A DNA stretch of 64,000 bases from NCBI RefSeq assembly GCF_006345805.1, contig NC_043002.1:102734001-102798000 (forward strand), read 5' to 3'. The DNA is from Octopus sinensis. Its lineage: Eukaryota. The position numbers were made by a program, and so were the translations under genes. Shown here piece by piece: positions 13,216 through 26,843 of this stretch. Every line of letters begins with the position of its first letter. Within the stretch, counting starts at the first letter, position 1. The notes under the pieces are model-generated. The model ran no database searches. It was not told the DNA's origin and was given only the letters and a program-made list of their open reading frames with translations.

Positions 13216-14446
13216 TTAACAAATGTAAAGGTTTTTAGAATAGCTACGGAAAGATGACATGTCTGTCAGTAATTCTATTAGTGATACTTGAAATATTAAT
13301 TCAAAGTACAATACGCAGCGTCAGTGTACTTTAAAATTGATGAGAGAGGTGATATTGATTCCACAAGTTGTGGGTGAAAGCATTGGGAAGAAATGAATCA
13401 AGATAAGGGTTTTTTCTTCAGAAGTAGTGATAATAAGGGTAATAATTTAACTGGATAATTGAGCGAACAGATGTGAATGACAGAACGCATCTAGATTCAA
13501 TGAAAATCTTCGTTTTAACTTTGAATCGCAGGAAGTCATGTCTTAAATCTGAATTGCTTGAATCTTTATACTGATGCTGGATATTGTCAACAACATGGAA
13601 TCTAGAGGAATAGGTATAATTTATTTAATCTAAATCAATAGGGAGAGTGATACTGATTTTATATACATTGGAATGACAGTTGCGAGATCCTAGATTCCTT
13701 TGTTAGAAATGTCTTTCCATTTGATGACGTGAATTTCGGATAGCAAGCTTGAAATAAGAGAATTCAATTTCCGTTTTTCACTACAATTCCGATGCCTTGT
13801 TGCACAACTTTACACTAACGTGCAGTGAATGTTTCGATCGTATAAAGTGCAATTCAGCTTGAGCAAGTATTTCTTTTTTCATCATATGATAGAGTTCATT
13901 TGTTAATGGCTGCTGACGGTGTCCTTCACTGCATGACAGTTTTTCTAAAATTTAATAGAAAATAAAAAAAGATGCAATTACCATAGCAGAAAACCAAAAG
14001 GGATTTCGCCTCAGCGCAAATTAAAAATATTGACATTCAACTAAAATCCCTCAATATTTCCACCCTAGAATTATAGACGAGTAATTTAATCCTAAGAACA
14101 TTGTCACTTAGCAATTAGATACAACTCAGAAATGATTGGAGGATTTTTGTTTCGTCACTCATTTATTTATTTATTTATTTACTTATTTATTTATTTATTT
14201 ATTATTTTCAATGTCAGTTTCTAAAACAATAGCATCGTGTGTTACAAGTCTTGAAGGGGAGATATACGGTTTGTTTGAATTTGATAGTAAACGAGGAGCA
14301 TTTAACGAGGCGTAGGAGGAGGACTTCATAGTATGAGAGTTTCCATTCTCTCCATGTTCGTTAATTGCTTGAACGATTGAAAAGTGACGTAAATTACACG
14401 CAAAAGCATACAAAAAGACCAAAAGAGACAGCACACGCAGGTGCAG

Positions 14447-14448
<2 letters not shown>

Positions 14449-14526
<78 letters not shown>
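14449..14526. repeat. (TATC)n microsatellite
   Basis: Pure tetranucleotide run. Confidence 0.95.
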
Positions 14527-14527
<1 letters not shown>

Positions 14528-14877
14528 ATACACATAAATCATTGTCCGTGTGTGTGTGTGTGTGTGTGTGTGGATATATATGTATGTATGCATGCATACG
14601 TCTTCAGGTAATTGCGGGTCCTAATGCTTAGAATGCTGCACTTATAATACTACGATTGAGGGTTCGATTCCTGGAACCGGGTGGTACCTTGTGACTTCAC
14701 GTTACCAGAGTCCACTCGGATGACAAAAATGAGCACTACTTTGACAGTGCAGTGTGCATTGTCTGTGCGAAAATAGTCACTACACACATGCACACATACT
14801 CACACACACATAGATAAAGAATCCATAGATACATATACACACACAGGCACAATATATATATATATAATATATATATA

Positions 14878-14930
<53 letters not shown>

Positions 14931-15299
14931 ATATAAACGTGTATGTGCCGTAAAAGACATGAAAAAAATATATCAAAATTTACGCTTATATTATCTTCGC
15001 GAATGTTCTCTCTATTCATTTTGATTCGTTTACCATTAATGTAATCTTTTAACACTTTAAGCCGTCTTATTCTGTATTGCCAGTAAACTGACTTGTTAAA
15101 TACTGTACTCAACGGTATTGCTTTTACGTTGTACAGACCAGACGTAAGAAAACGTTTTGATAAACTCTAGACGTGCCTTATATCATTTATTTCCTACGTA
15201 CGTTTCACTATTGTTATTATTAATATCTCGTTTAACAAGTGGATTCAAAATTCTACTGGATCCCTCCCCGCCCCACAACAGGTTTTCAAGGAAGGTGGG

Positions 15300-15468
15300 A
15301 TGAGTCGATTAGGTCGACTCCAGTGCGTAACTGGTACTTATTTAATCAGCCGGAAGGATGAAAGGCAATATGGACTTCGGGGGATTTGAACTCAGAACGT
15401 AGCGACAGAGCAAATACTGATAAGAATTTCGCTAGGCGTGTTAACGATTCTACCATCTCGCCGCCTTA
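15300..15468 (-). mobile_element. SINE family A copy
   Basis: Aligns with 4760-4937 (gatttgaactcagaacgt...ctcgccgcctta). Confidence 0.8.
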
Positions 15469-15689
15469 ATCGAGGTTGCAATAATGATAGTCAGCCGCTA
15501 GACTCCGAGCATTAGTGAGATCATGCACTGAAAAGCAAGGCGTTGAAGATACTGTTAGTAAACGCCTGAGTGTATTGGTTTAGTTTAGGTTGAAGACTAG
15601 CTCTATATTCTATATTGAGGGTTCAAGGTGGGAAATACTGAAGGAAAGTCCTGAAAGTTGAAACTGAGTTCGACAAGTGTTAAATTACT

Positions 15690-15940
15690 TCTCCAGATTT
15701 GTTTCATCATAACATATTCCTGCTTGAAAAAGTAGTTTTTCAAGATGGGAGAGAAGAAAGCAAAAATATCGCGATTGTTTGTACTTCGCTTCCTTCCATG
15801 CTGCCGGTATGATGCCATTCGCTTGTTTGACACCGGCGCTTGAAATTTCATTACCGCAGTTTATATTAAAATGCAATTTTGGCATTTTTCTTCTCTAATG
15901 ATTTTTCAAGATGGGAATTATACCGAGATCCAACAGTTGT
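15690..15940 (-). mobile_element. Short degenerate LINE RT fragment
   Basis: Motifs IIPILKN, GIIPAAWKEA and LLSHLEKLL resemble the N-terminal RT region. Confidence 0.3.
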
Positions 15941-16111
15941 AAAGCAGCAGTGTAATTCGGCGAAAGATTCTGCACACAGCACATTCTCTCGGTAAGGTAA
16001 TTTGCTACATAGAAAAGAGCTGAATACAAGCGTGCCTCGAGAGAAAACATTAACCAGCATTGTTGATTAAATACATACACGTTTAAATTTGTATCTATCT
16101 ATATCTCCTTT

Positions 16112-16144
<33 letters not shown>

Positions 16145-16194
16145 ATATATATATATATATATATTTTTTTTTTTTGTATTATTATTTTTTTTAT

Positions 16195-16623
16195 TTCTGT
16201 ATGTAAGCATTTAGATATGTAAATAAACAGATCAACATACAGACGGATAGGTACATAGGTTACAAGAACAGACACATATGGAGACACCGATCCACACATA
16301 TAAAGATGCACACCCATACATACAAACATGGTACATAGTTACATACGTATGCATACACACACCTATATACATAGATACACATGCAAACACACACACACAC
16401 ACATACATACGTGCATGTATGCATGTATAGGCACACACACACTGACCCACGCACATGCGCACAAACAAAGAAAAGGGAACACTGTGTAAATAACGGACAG
16501 AGTCAAGACTATTGAAAAGGTTGCAAGACGCAACGAAAATTTTAGGAAATAAAAATAAGTGGAAATTTTACCGGGGAGTGTGTTAAATAATAAAGCACTA
16601 AAAGAGAATGACTCTCCCCAGAC

Positions 16624-16630
<7 letters not shown>
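16195..16630 (+). mobile_element. Dispersed microsatellite-containing repeat (family F1) with HHR-like motif; second copy at 60513-61110 (-)
   Basis: Near-identical reverse-complement match between the two loci; ends at a (TA)n tract. Confidence 0.8.
16509..16545 (+). ncRNA. Hammerhead-like motif, U3:A8 core (F1)
   Basis: CTA-TTGAAAA-G-GTTGC-aagac-GCAAC-GAAA-AT-TT-TAG. Stem II is 5 bp and stem III is the palindrome AATT, but stem I is only 3 bp and residue 17 is U. Confidence 0.45.
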
Positions 16631-16672
<42 letters not shown>

Positions 16673-16715
16673 TGAGAAAGTTGGTGTGTTAAAGCACGTG
16701 GTTGAATATATAGAA

Positions 16716-17160
16716 AATAGTAAAAAGTGAAAAAACTACAGAAGGCCTGTTTTAAAAGGTTAAAAAATATATATTTGAGTCATTATGTCTGAAGAATGTT
16801 ATAAATTTTTTTCATACAATGACATAGTTTTTGAAGAAATGATCGGTTTCGCGTTCAGCTTTTCAAATTTCTTACATCGTTATGTTTACGTTGAGAAGTG
16901 TGAAGGAGAAATATTAAGCGATTATCTCCCTTACACCGGAAGAAATCACTTATTACCTCCCTTTATCTGGAACTCTCCTTCACTCTTAACGTAAACATAA
17001 CGATGTAAGAAATTTGAAAAGCTGAACGCGAAACCGGTCATTTCTTCAAAAACTATGTCATTGTATGAAAAAAATTTATAACATTCTTCAGACATAATGA
17101 CTCAAATATATATTTTTTAACCTTTTAAATCAAGCCTTCTGTAGTTTTTTCACTTTTTAC

Positions 17161-17164
<4 letters not shown>
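16716..17164. mobile_element. Fold-back cassette: ~190-bp inverted arms around a ~64-bp spacer, PLE pseudo-LTR-like
   Basis: Arms at 16716-16909 and 16974-17164 differ by only a few substitutions and indels. Flanked by (TA)n and (CT)n(TA)n. Confidence 0.85.
17007..17046 (+). ncRNA. Minimal type-I hammerhead ribozyme motif, U3:A8 core (F2); mirror copy at 16834-16873 (-)
   Basis: AAGAAAT-TTGAAAA-GC-tgaac-GC-GAAA-CCGG-TC-ATTTCTT. Stem I is 7 bp, stem III is the palindrome ACCGGT, cleavage triplet GUC. Confidence 0.7.
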
Positions 17165-17241
<77 letters not shown>

Positions 17242-18869
17242 TGCGTGTAAACATAAGTAAATATTAATGTTTGGTTTTTGCCTTTTTGTAAAGAAATGTT
17301 GAAATCGAATACCTTTTAGTAGAATGCATCGTTATTTACTTTTATAAGAAGCTCGGCAGTAACTAACAAGTCGCTTTTAACGTTTTTGCCAATAAAAGTT
17401 GACACATGTGTGTCTATGTGTATGCGTGTGTGTGTGTGTGTACGCGTGTGTGTTTGAAAGCGCGAGTATATTTTTGTGATTGTGCTTGCGAGGCAAACAT
17501 CCATTAACTGCTCGCTTATTATTCCATAACAGGTTCAATTCTGAACGAAACAGAACTGCGCTACAGGTTGTCATTATAACAAAATAAATTCAAATAAAAA
17601 CGCAATAGACAGTTTCCGAGAACAATAGTAACTTTGATTAAAATGATAATCATCCACAAGTAACTTGAATTTGCAGAGACTCGATGTCACGTCCATTAAT
17701 TACAGGTGTTCATAAATTATCTTTACAACCGCCACAATCTATTGTGTTGTATCATCTGGATGCGTACAACCAACAGAGCCCACGAGGTAGCTTTCTGGTT
17801 TTGTTTTTTTTCATGAAAACTTTGCCAATAAACACAGTTGAGTTGCGCTTATTTCCAAAAACGTTTATGAAGTTGAAAATTGTACAGCATATTGATGGAC
17901 AGCCTGTGCTTCATACTTTTCCATAATACCACACGATTAAGATGGCAACATATAGAATATTACTGACAATTACTGAATATATATGTTTGTGTGTATATGT
18001 ATATTTATAAATATATATATTTGTGTGTATTTATATATACGTAAATATATGCACACACACACGCACAACCACACACGTGCGCAGACACAAACACACACAC
18101 ACGCACACACACTCTCTCTCTCTCACACACACACCTTTAGGAAATATTTCTGAAGCTCTGTTATTTTAATATACATTCCTGTGTATATAAATTTTTTATC
18201 TCCAGAACATAAACTGATTCAGTATAAAATAATTGTGTTATTCGAAAAAGTAAAAAAAAAAAACATAATAAATTCAGTCAGTGTTTTGTAAACAACTGTT
18301 CGGATGTATAAAGCGCGACTACAATACTGAATTCTTAGAATGGTATATTGTTGGAATCCAGTGAAAGAACTCACAGTCATAAATATGATAGCTGCGTTCT
18401 TATTAACGATGCAGTTCTCTGTCTTCAGTTAAACTAATCACATATCACTTGACCAATCTCTCAGAAGGAACAATTAAAATACATCTCTCAATAAGAGTAT
18501 TTCAATATATATTGCCATTTAAATTTAAGATAATATTTGACGTCAAGGAATCCTTGTGAATGCTTAGCAGCGGATAATTGTCAGGTTGCGTCAGAGAGTT
18601 ACAGAAGCAAAGAAAAAGCAAGCGCTACGATGTCTGCAACATCTAGCAATTTAGATAGATACTATGAACGTTAGAATAGGAATTTAGCGGAAGTGTTTCA
18701 TGCATTTTCTCTTATTTACACATGACCTCAATTAGAAAAAATACAACAGCACATATCCTATGGCATTAAAACATTGCAGGAGTGGCATGTTCGCCAGGTT
18801 AAAGAAAAATGTTTTTATGTTGCAATATTTTTTTCTAGTTTCGATCCCAGTTCTCAACAACGGAGAAAA

Positions 18870-19420
18870 AATTTGTCGCAGTGGCCAGGGATTTCGTGGC
18901 GCCGTATTCTATCGAGTTAGATTTCTAGTTGTATGAGATATAGTAATTATCATTCCCGGCCAAGGCTCCGAAATTTTAATACCTTTATCCTAAAGTACAC
19001 TTTAATCTTTTTAGCCTTGCGGCAAGGTGCCCGGTCTTCTTGCAAAATGCGAGTTTATTCGCTGAACTATCTCTCAGTGGTTGGAAGGAGATGTTTCCAA
19101 GGATATTTTGGTCCCATGTGGCATTCATAGAGGCGTTTATCGGCACAACTGACAGTGGTTCTACGTACTTGGATGAAAAGCAATCCCACACATGAATAGT
19201 TTCTGGATACGTGACCGTGAGCACGATGAACGACTCATCATAGCGTTCGCATTATCGCCTTCGGGCGAGCCTTTTCCAGATGTCACAAATAACTGAAATG
19301 ATGCTTCATCAGAAAAATATCACTTTGCCCCATTGTTCACTAGATCAAGTTTATATTTTCTGCAAAAGGCACGTTTTCTTGGATAATAATGTTTCTTTTT
19401 AGCACTCCGTGAAGCGAGAC
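18870..19420 (-). mobile_element. Tc1-like transposase relic
   Basis: Reads AFCRKY..SEQWGKVIF.SDE and TVTYPETIHVWDCFSSKYV..MNATW.QNIL. Confidence 0.7.
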
Positions 19421-20337
19421 CATTACCAAAAAGTCGTCATCGAACAGACCGAGTCGAAACCCCGACACTGTTATATGCAAGTTATATGCTCCCGGCACTT
19501 CGATTCCTCAATGGATTTCTCACTAAAGCTCTGTCTTGGTTGTCAGAGGACGGACGTTGACGACCAGTGACCTTTTTGACCCTTATGGATACTGTGTCTT
19601 TGAAAGTTTTTCTGATCCTATACATATTACTATTAGGTGCAATGCCTTTAGCAACAATATCCTATATTGGTAGGCCGTTTTGGTAGAAAGAAATTATTGA
19701 CTGACGCTTTGCTTGTGTCAACACTATCCCTGAAATAAAATAAAATAAAATGTGAAGCTTTTGCGAGGAAAACGAGCATTCATTAATTAAAAATCAATCA
19801 TAACTGTCTCATGGCACCATGCATAACTTTACTTACTGTTCTGGTTATCAATTAGTATTTTGCATGCAATTCCAACTTGAAATCTCGAAGAGGAATGTGA
19901 TTTTACCAATTCCACAAACTGATAGTTATTTGCAATGTCTATTGGTTTTCAACAGTTTTTCTTTCAAATCTTATTGGGTAAAAAATAACCTGTTAAAATA
20001 ATATTAAATCATTAACATTCACATGATATTTCACACGAAATAGCAAAAACAATGGTACTTGCCAAAACAACTGGCCATGACTGTATATGACTATCTTATC
20101 AGCTGTATTAACTCATACTGTTTCTGCAGTAAGATGCAGTGAACTCGTAGTTGAGTACCTGTATAATATTTTGAATATGAAGTGCAATTTTTGTTTTGGA
20201 AAGACATGACATTTGTGCCTATATAGGGAACGGCATCAGCAATGAGAAAAGTCAATGGAGATGTATCGATGAGAAGTGTTTGTCCAAAATATAATTAGAT
20301 GTATTAGTGTAGGGATATGTATATTTACATATTTCAG

Positions 20338-20462
20338 ACGTTAAAAAGATGGCTGAAAAATATCGATATTCACGAACGTTTTGGAAGACCCGAAACCAAC
20401 AAAATTGAGAAAAACATCGCATATGTGGTTATAGCTGAGAGGAAAGCGCCGAATCACCATCC
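20338..20462 (+). other. Candidate exon (125 nt) of an unidentified spliced transcript
   Basis: Splice signals ttacatatttcag|A and CC|gtaagt. One open frame, TLKRWLKNIDIHERFGRPETNKIEKNIAYVVIAERKAPNHH, not recognised. Confidence 0.4.
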
Positions 20463-22171
20463 GTAAGTTTGTTGGTCAATTGCCTAATACACCTTTTCTA
20501 CAACCGTAACATACTTAGCATTATTTCACTGATTGTATAACGAAACACAGTGTCCTTGCCAGGAAACAATTTTATCCTATCTTAAATAACTGACTTTATA
20601 AGCACAACAAATTAACTACTGACCACTCGGTATCATTATCTTACTCAAAAACTAAATTCACTCCATTGAACCAATTCTTATAACTTTCCTATGAAGTAAA
20701 TAGACACAGAACATTTGTGGTTTGCTTTCTCATTTTCCAATTTCAGTCGGCCACATTTGCAGCATGAGATAAAACATAAGCAGAATTCTTGATAAAGCTC
20801 GATATGGTTCTGCAGTTTTATTCTTTGATAAAGATTTGCCAATATGTTTCTTACAGCAATTTTCTTACAATAATTAATTCATAATTTAAAAAAAAATCCA
20901 AATAAGTTTTTCAGGCAATAGTATATTCTGTTTTTCAACATGGACGATCTTTGCGTCCTCGTTGATTGAACATATATTTTTCATCTGAAACAGCGTCTTC
21001 AGCTAAATAATTCTGGCCCTGCTTACATACATTTGAACAATTTGGTAACATCATTCCTGCCTGTAACAGATTGAACACATCCGCAAATTCGATATCTTAC
21101 GAAGTGTTGGAATTATGGCAAAATTTTACAGTTAAGATACTATGAATTGTTTATGAGATATTTATATTAAACTAATCAATAGGGATTTTCGTTAAATAAC
21201 GACTTATGACTTGCAACGTTCCCGCTTGAGTAACTACTGAAAGCATTAAATCGGCAAGTTTAAAAAAAACGCGTAATTTCAAAAGATTTCCATCGATATA
21301 GTATATTAAAAAAATCCAATAATGGATGTTTTTTTAGTTCAGTAATCACGACAGCTATAACGATTGAGTAATTCAAAAGTAAAACAATGGACTTCAAAAT
21401 AGTGTATGAAAAAGCAGAACATTAAACCCACTACAAAATAATAGTAACACTTAAGACAATTGCATATCGGTAGGTACTTTGACTGTTCCACACAATGACA
21501 TCAAATATTCAGCAAATATTTCTCCGAAATCTCTCCTCCTTCTTCTCTCTATCTCTCTCTATCACTCTCTGCCTCCCTCTGCTTCTCTCGCTCTCCTACG
21601 CTATCTCCGTTATTCTCTCATACTATCTCCCCCTTCCGTGCATTTGTATGATCGACAAGTCAGTGACATTTTTTTCAGCAAAAGAGGCCATATTTTGGAT
21701 ATGTGACAAGAAAGAGCATTTTTTGTTTCGGGCATGCCAAGCATGTATTAAAGCGCTTCCATTGTGTTAATTGCTTCGACTTCATTGGCACAACCTTTGT
21801 CTCGTGCACTAATTACGAATGCTATTAATGATTGCCCACTGAAAGCTTTGTCATTAAAAACAATATTAATTTTATTCGATCTGATAATGCAACGAGGAAT
21901 GGTTTAATCATTATACAGCACTAACTGATGTTTATGCATATTCAGAGCTAAGATGTAATAGTTGACCAGAGATTCATGTTTCACCATTCTTCAGTTGCAT
22001 TTCGATTTAATGGCACTGAGTGAAGCCACTGAAGTGCTGACAAATTTTACTTCCTTGAATATTCGCTCTGTACCAAACATCAAGCGAACTTCAAACGTTA
22101 ATGCTGCTATTACACCAACTCGACAGTATTGTGTGGTCGCCTGAAAATTCATTAGACGAGAGGTAAACTAC

Positions 22172-22172
<1 letters not shown>

Positions 22173-22246
<74 letters not shown>

Positions 22247-22296
22247 GGCATGCACAGCTCTCTCACTCAATAATAATAATAATAATAATAATAATA
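22173..22296 (+). repeat. (AAT)n tract interrupted by a 22-nt SINE-C tail piece
   Basis: ggcatgcacagctctctcactc matches the tails ending near 43530 and 48965. Confidence 0.8.
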
Positions 22297-23549
22297 AGCC
22301 TTTAAGATCAGAGTAATTCCCGAAGTTCATGTTGTAATAACCAGTAATAAGAAACACAAAAATTACCTTAGCAAATGTGTTTCAAGATCTGTTAACATTT
22401 ACATACATTTCTACAAATTGTGGGTGTTTTTGATGTTATATGCAATTATTCGTATTGGTAAAATTTCAATATGCAACACGTTCATTATCAATAAGTATTA
22501 TCACTAGAACACCGTTTAATTTTTCTAAGAGCCAAGCATTCATTCAGGAGAACACCACCTATTTAAATTGCCTAAATTTTGTCACAGTTAAATTCATTTC
22601 TTTAATTCATAGTTTTATTTACGCTATTATTGAAATTCTTGGGTGTTAATTGCAGTTCTTTTTCAATCAATCATCAATTGTTTGTAAATGCATAACTTCA
22701 GACATTGATGAACAGGTATATCTAACAGAAGCTCTTTAAGCCTAAATATATCTAGATAGTGTTATATATATAATAACACTCTTAATATTTGAGGATTATG
22801 TCAGAATGATATTTTTTATATGCAAAATATTTCTATGATACTAAGCGTGGTAAAAAATAAATTAACAATAAAATATGAATGAATTTTCTCACTTAAATTA
22901 TTTTCAGTTATAATCTTACTCTATTTTAAATGTTAAATTTCTACTGAGGGTGGTTAGATATCATCGAGTTTCTAGTTTATTAAGGCCAATATATTAATTT
23001 TTTGTATGACACAATAAGATATTTAACGTAACGTGAAGATGCTAACTTTTCTAAAAAAATCTATTTCGTAATAACGGATATAGGCGCAAAATCTACCTGA
23101 CCTGACTTTCTGCAACCTCGCACATCTATTGTCAAGGCTGATGCTACATTCAGTTTTCTTGGCACCATATAATTGCAACGATAGCAGGATGCCTTCTCAA
23201 ACGTCACTTTGTAAAATTAAACCAACATACGTATCGATTTAGAAAATCGCTGTGGCAATTATTGATAAAGTAGGTAGATTACTTTTTCGGGATATTGATC
23301 CTCTTTAAGTCGTTAAGTTTGCGTTCGTTAATCGATCTACAAATGGCAAGATTTAACCAAAGAGCACCAAACATGATTTACCCTTCGCATTATTTATGCA
23401 AATGACTATAGAAAGTACTTGCACTGATGTATCCTATAAAATGTGCTGTTTAGCGCAAACAAGCATATATTCAATAGATTATAACATCCATGTGTGAAAG
23501 CATCGTTGCATTAAGATAAAGTAGCTTATCTTGTGTTTATGTAAAGAGT

Positions 23550-23937
23550 GGAGGCGCAATGGCCCAGTGGTCAGGGCAGCGGACTCGCAGTCATAGGATC
23601 GCGGTTTCGATTCCCAGACCGGGCGTTGTGAGTGTTTATTGAGCGAAAACACCTAAAAGCTCCACGAGGCTCCGGTAGGGGATGGTGGTGATCCCTGCTG
23701 TACTCTTTCACCACAACTTTCTCTCACTCTTACTTTCTGTTTCTGTTGTACCTGTATTTCAAAGGGCCGGCCTTGTCACTCTCTGTGTCACGCAGAATAT
23801 CCCCGAGAACTACGTTAAGGTTACACGTGTCTGTGGAGTGCTCAGCCACTTACACGTTAATTTCCGGAGCAGGCTGTTCCGTTGATTCGGATCAAACGGA
23901 ACCCTCGTCGTCGTAACCGACGGAGTGCTTCCATCCA
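23550..23937 (+). mobile_element. Full-length tRNA-derived SINE, family B (resembles octopus OR-type SINEs)
   Basis: A box TGGCCCAGTGG, B box GGTTTCGATTCC, and 10-bp TSD TATGTAAAGA at 23538-23547 and 23938-23947. Confidence 0.9.
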
Positions 23938-24856
23938 TATGTAAAGAATATGATTCCCTAGGGTTCTACGCAATAGATTTTATGGAATATCACTTTCAAT
24001 ATTTAGACTTAGGTAAATAGTACCGTTAGCAATCTGTTAATTTAGGTAAATAATGCTGTTAACAATCTGTTAATTTAAGTAAATTTGTTTGATGTTATCA
24101 GCTCGCAAGATGTCGCGTCGATATGCTAAATATTTAAGTTAACCATTAATGACTGCTCCTACAACCCACGTTGATAATGACAGTTAAGTCCTCGAAAGTA
24201 GCAAGATGCTCAAAGGAAACCTTTCAATCTTAGATATAATAGGCAATGTGAAAGTATCAATGAAGTATTTCGGGAGAGGGGTTCTTATTGGAATGAACAT
24301 TCTAGATCTGGGTGGTGTTTCTTTAAGTTATTTGTTTAAAGTACCCGGCCACTTTCCGAACAAAGAAAGAAAGCGTATTCACATTTTCTGTAAAGGGATC
24401 TTGTAGTGGAGAGATTTGAACTGTTGGAATGTAGTAAAAACTATTTTATGTTGGGGAAATTAATGAAGGCAAAGATATTGTCTCACTTCGTGATCTCTGA
24501 CAGTGAACAACACCTAAATGTGAAATAGATAAACTTACGGAATCAGTTTTGGCATTTGTTGAATTAATTCTTGCTCTCAATAACACTTCCAAATTGCCTC
24601 ATTCGTCATTGAATGACAAGAGTATGTCTCAAGAGGGGAAACACTTTAATTTACGACGATATCGATGAGATTATTTCCCAGAGACTTGCCATGATTCTCA
24701 ATCCTATTCAGGAACTTTGCCTTTGAAAGAGAAATATCAAAGCACATATAACACATAATTTTGGAGAAAATTATGTTCAATTTAAGAACATGTAATATAA
24801 AATTATATTGGTAGAACATTAATACTGATAATGCTTTTAACATTTACAATGACTAC

Positions 24857-25280
24857 GGAGGCGAGCTGGCAGAATCGTTATCACACTGGAAAAAGATGCT
24901 TGTCCACCTTTCTTCCGACATTTCCTTTTCAGTTAAAATGCCACCGGAGTCGTACTCATTGCATTTCGTCCTTTCGGGTTCGATAAAATAAGCAGCAGCT
25001 GTTCTCAATACTGTCAATGCAATTGACTTCGCTACGTCCCGAAATGCCTGGCTTGGAGTCAAAAATTGAAAGTAATATTTAAAATAACTAAGTCAGCTAC
25101 AAAACACACCTATAGAAATTATGTTAAACCTTACGTTCGCAGTTCAAATTCTGCTGGGGTCAGCTTTGTTTTTCATTCCTTCGGAGCGGACAAAATAAGT
25201 ACCAGTTGAACTCTGAGGTCGATGTAAACAGCTTCCCCGCTCCTATGTGCTGGTCTCCTGCACAAACTTGGAACCAATAT
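24857..25280 (+). mobile_element. Two diverged SINE family A copies (24857-25075; partial 25135-25280)
   Basis: ggaggcgagctggcagaatcgtta head; core cctttcgggttcgataaaataag. Confidence 0.7.
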
Positions 25281-25469
25281 ATACTATCACATTTTATTCT
25301 TAAATAAAGGCCAGTAAGATTATAGCATTTCGCTCGTATACATACACTCACATAAATGTATGTATCTCAACGAATTGTGAACGAATGGTTAGGATGACGC
25401 TGTGCGCTAACAAGGCTCCACTTTGTAATATGTGTGTGTAGTTTGTTTCTTTGTTTATTCACACTACAG

Positions 25470-25558
25470 GTTGGTTAACGATGTTATATTGTCCACGACC
25501 TCGCATTTAATATATAATAAAACACTTCATGGCTGTGCCTCATCTGATACACCGTCCA
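25470..25558 (+). other. Candidate exon (89 nt)
   Basis: Splice signals tttgtttctttgtttattcacactacag|G and CA|gtaagt. Open frame is phase-compatible with 20338-20462. Confidence 0.4.
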
Positions 25559-26699
25559 GTAAGTAAACAAGTTAAAGATAAGAGATTTAAGCTACATGTT
25601 TCTGACTTCGACACCAAATCACAATGGTCAATCTAGCACCCTCAAACACTGTGGCGCTACATTATTTAATTTACATCATAAACTCCGGATTTATCGGTGT
25701 TTCTATGAGGATAGGTCTGAATGAGCGAAGTTTCTGCTTGTAGCTGGATTATTACCAAGCAGTCAATGGGACATTTTGGTTTAGTTTAGTGGAACAGCCT
25801 AAAATAAAGTACTCTGTTCCGTGACACAAAACGAGTCCCGTTTAGCAAATAAACCAACGCACCATAAACGTGATGCTTACATTAGGAGAACATCCGTTCA
25901 AATTATTATCATGGGAAACTAAAATAATTGAAATAACATTCGAGGTTATCTCTGAAAATATATCTTTAAATTGAGAATTGAGTTAGATTTTTCAAATAAA
26001 TAGATATTTCCATAAAATAATCAGTAAATCAAGATGGCCAAATAATAATATGCATTAGGGTTTATGCAATAACGTGCTCTCATGTATCAATAAAGGTTCC
26101 AGTAAATTAGCTAAATTTAGATGAGTTTCATATTACAAAACTAGGTTTCCGAAATTTCATTAAGTATTTTTATAAAAGCTCATTAAATTTTAAATTTAGA
26201 TATATTTCTAACAAGAAAATTCAATCATTATCTTCATAAATCTCAGATTTTGACATTTTAATTTAAAATTATTAATATTGAGTGGCTGTAATCATTATAT
26301 CAGAAAGCAACTGTTGCTACGAGTTTTCTTTCATAGAGAATTTTCTGAAGTTATAGACTTCACGCAGTTCTTCAAAAACAGCATATTAATACTAAAAACC
26401 AGTGGGTTTACATTATTAATTTCAGTTACAGCAGATATTTTGGGGAAAATAATTCAAATTTTGTAATGCACTTGGCAACTAAACAACACTTTTATGTGTG
26501 AAATATTAAGGTACAACGAATCATGTCAGTGATTCAGGCAAGATGAGATATGCTATTGAATGTCATGAATTAAGAACTAATGTTGAGAATATGACATGAC
26601 ATTCTATGCATTGGTCTTGAGGATACTATGAATTTCTCAGTGAAACAAACAATTCAACTTTTAAATCGTATATGTATATATATATATATATATATGCAT

Positions 26700-26760
26700 A
26701 CACAGGGGCTGGACAAAATAATAGAAACAGCTACCATCTTAGCATCATAATTTGGAAATA
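26700..26760 (+). mobile_element. Tc1-like TIR end fragment
   Basis: cacaggggctggacaaaataatagaaacagc resembles Tc1-type termini; no partner TIR found. Confidence 0.3.
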
Positions 26761-26843
26761 TCTATAAAACCGTCGAAGGCTTGTTTATTTTTGTTTTTTT
26801 ATTTGTTATTGGTGTTCCTTAATATAAATATAGATATTATTAT

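Noticed and set aside
15190-15210. GAAA-CGTACG-TA palindrome on the - strand
   Set aside because: No upstream YUGANRA core or stem II.
23102-23206. Minus-strand Cys-containing open exon candidates (also 1551-1628); + strand candidates at 5865-5964, ~45660-45822 and ~47045
   Set aside because: Short open frames are expected by chance, at least one splice site is weak in most, and there is no recognisable homology.
23550-23625. tRNA genes
   Set aside because: The A/B boxes belong to SINE heads that continue into SINE bodies with TSDs; no complete cloverleaf.
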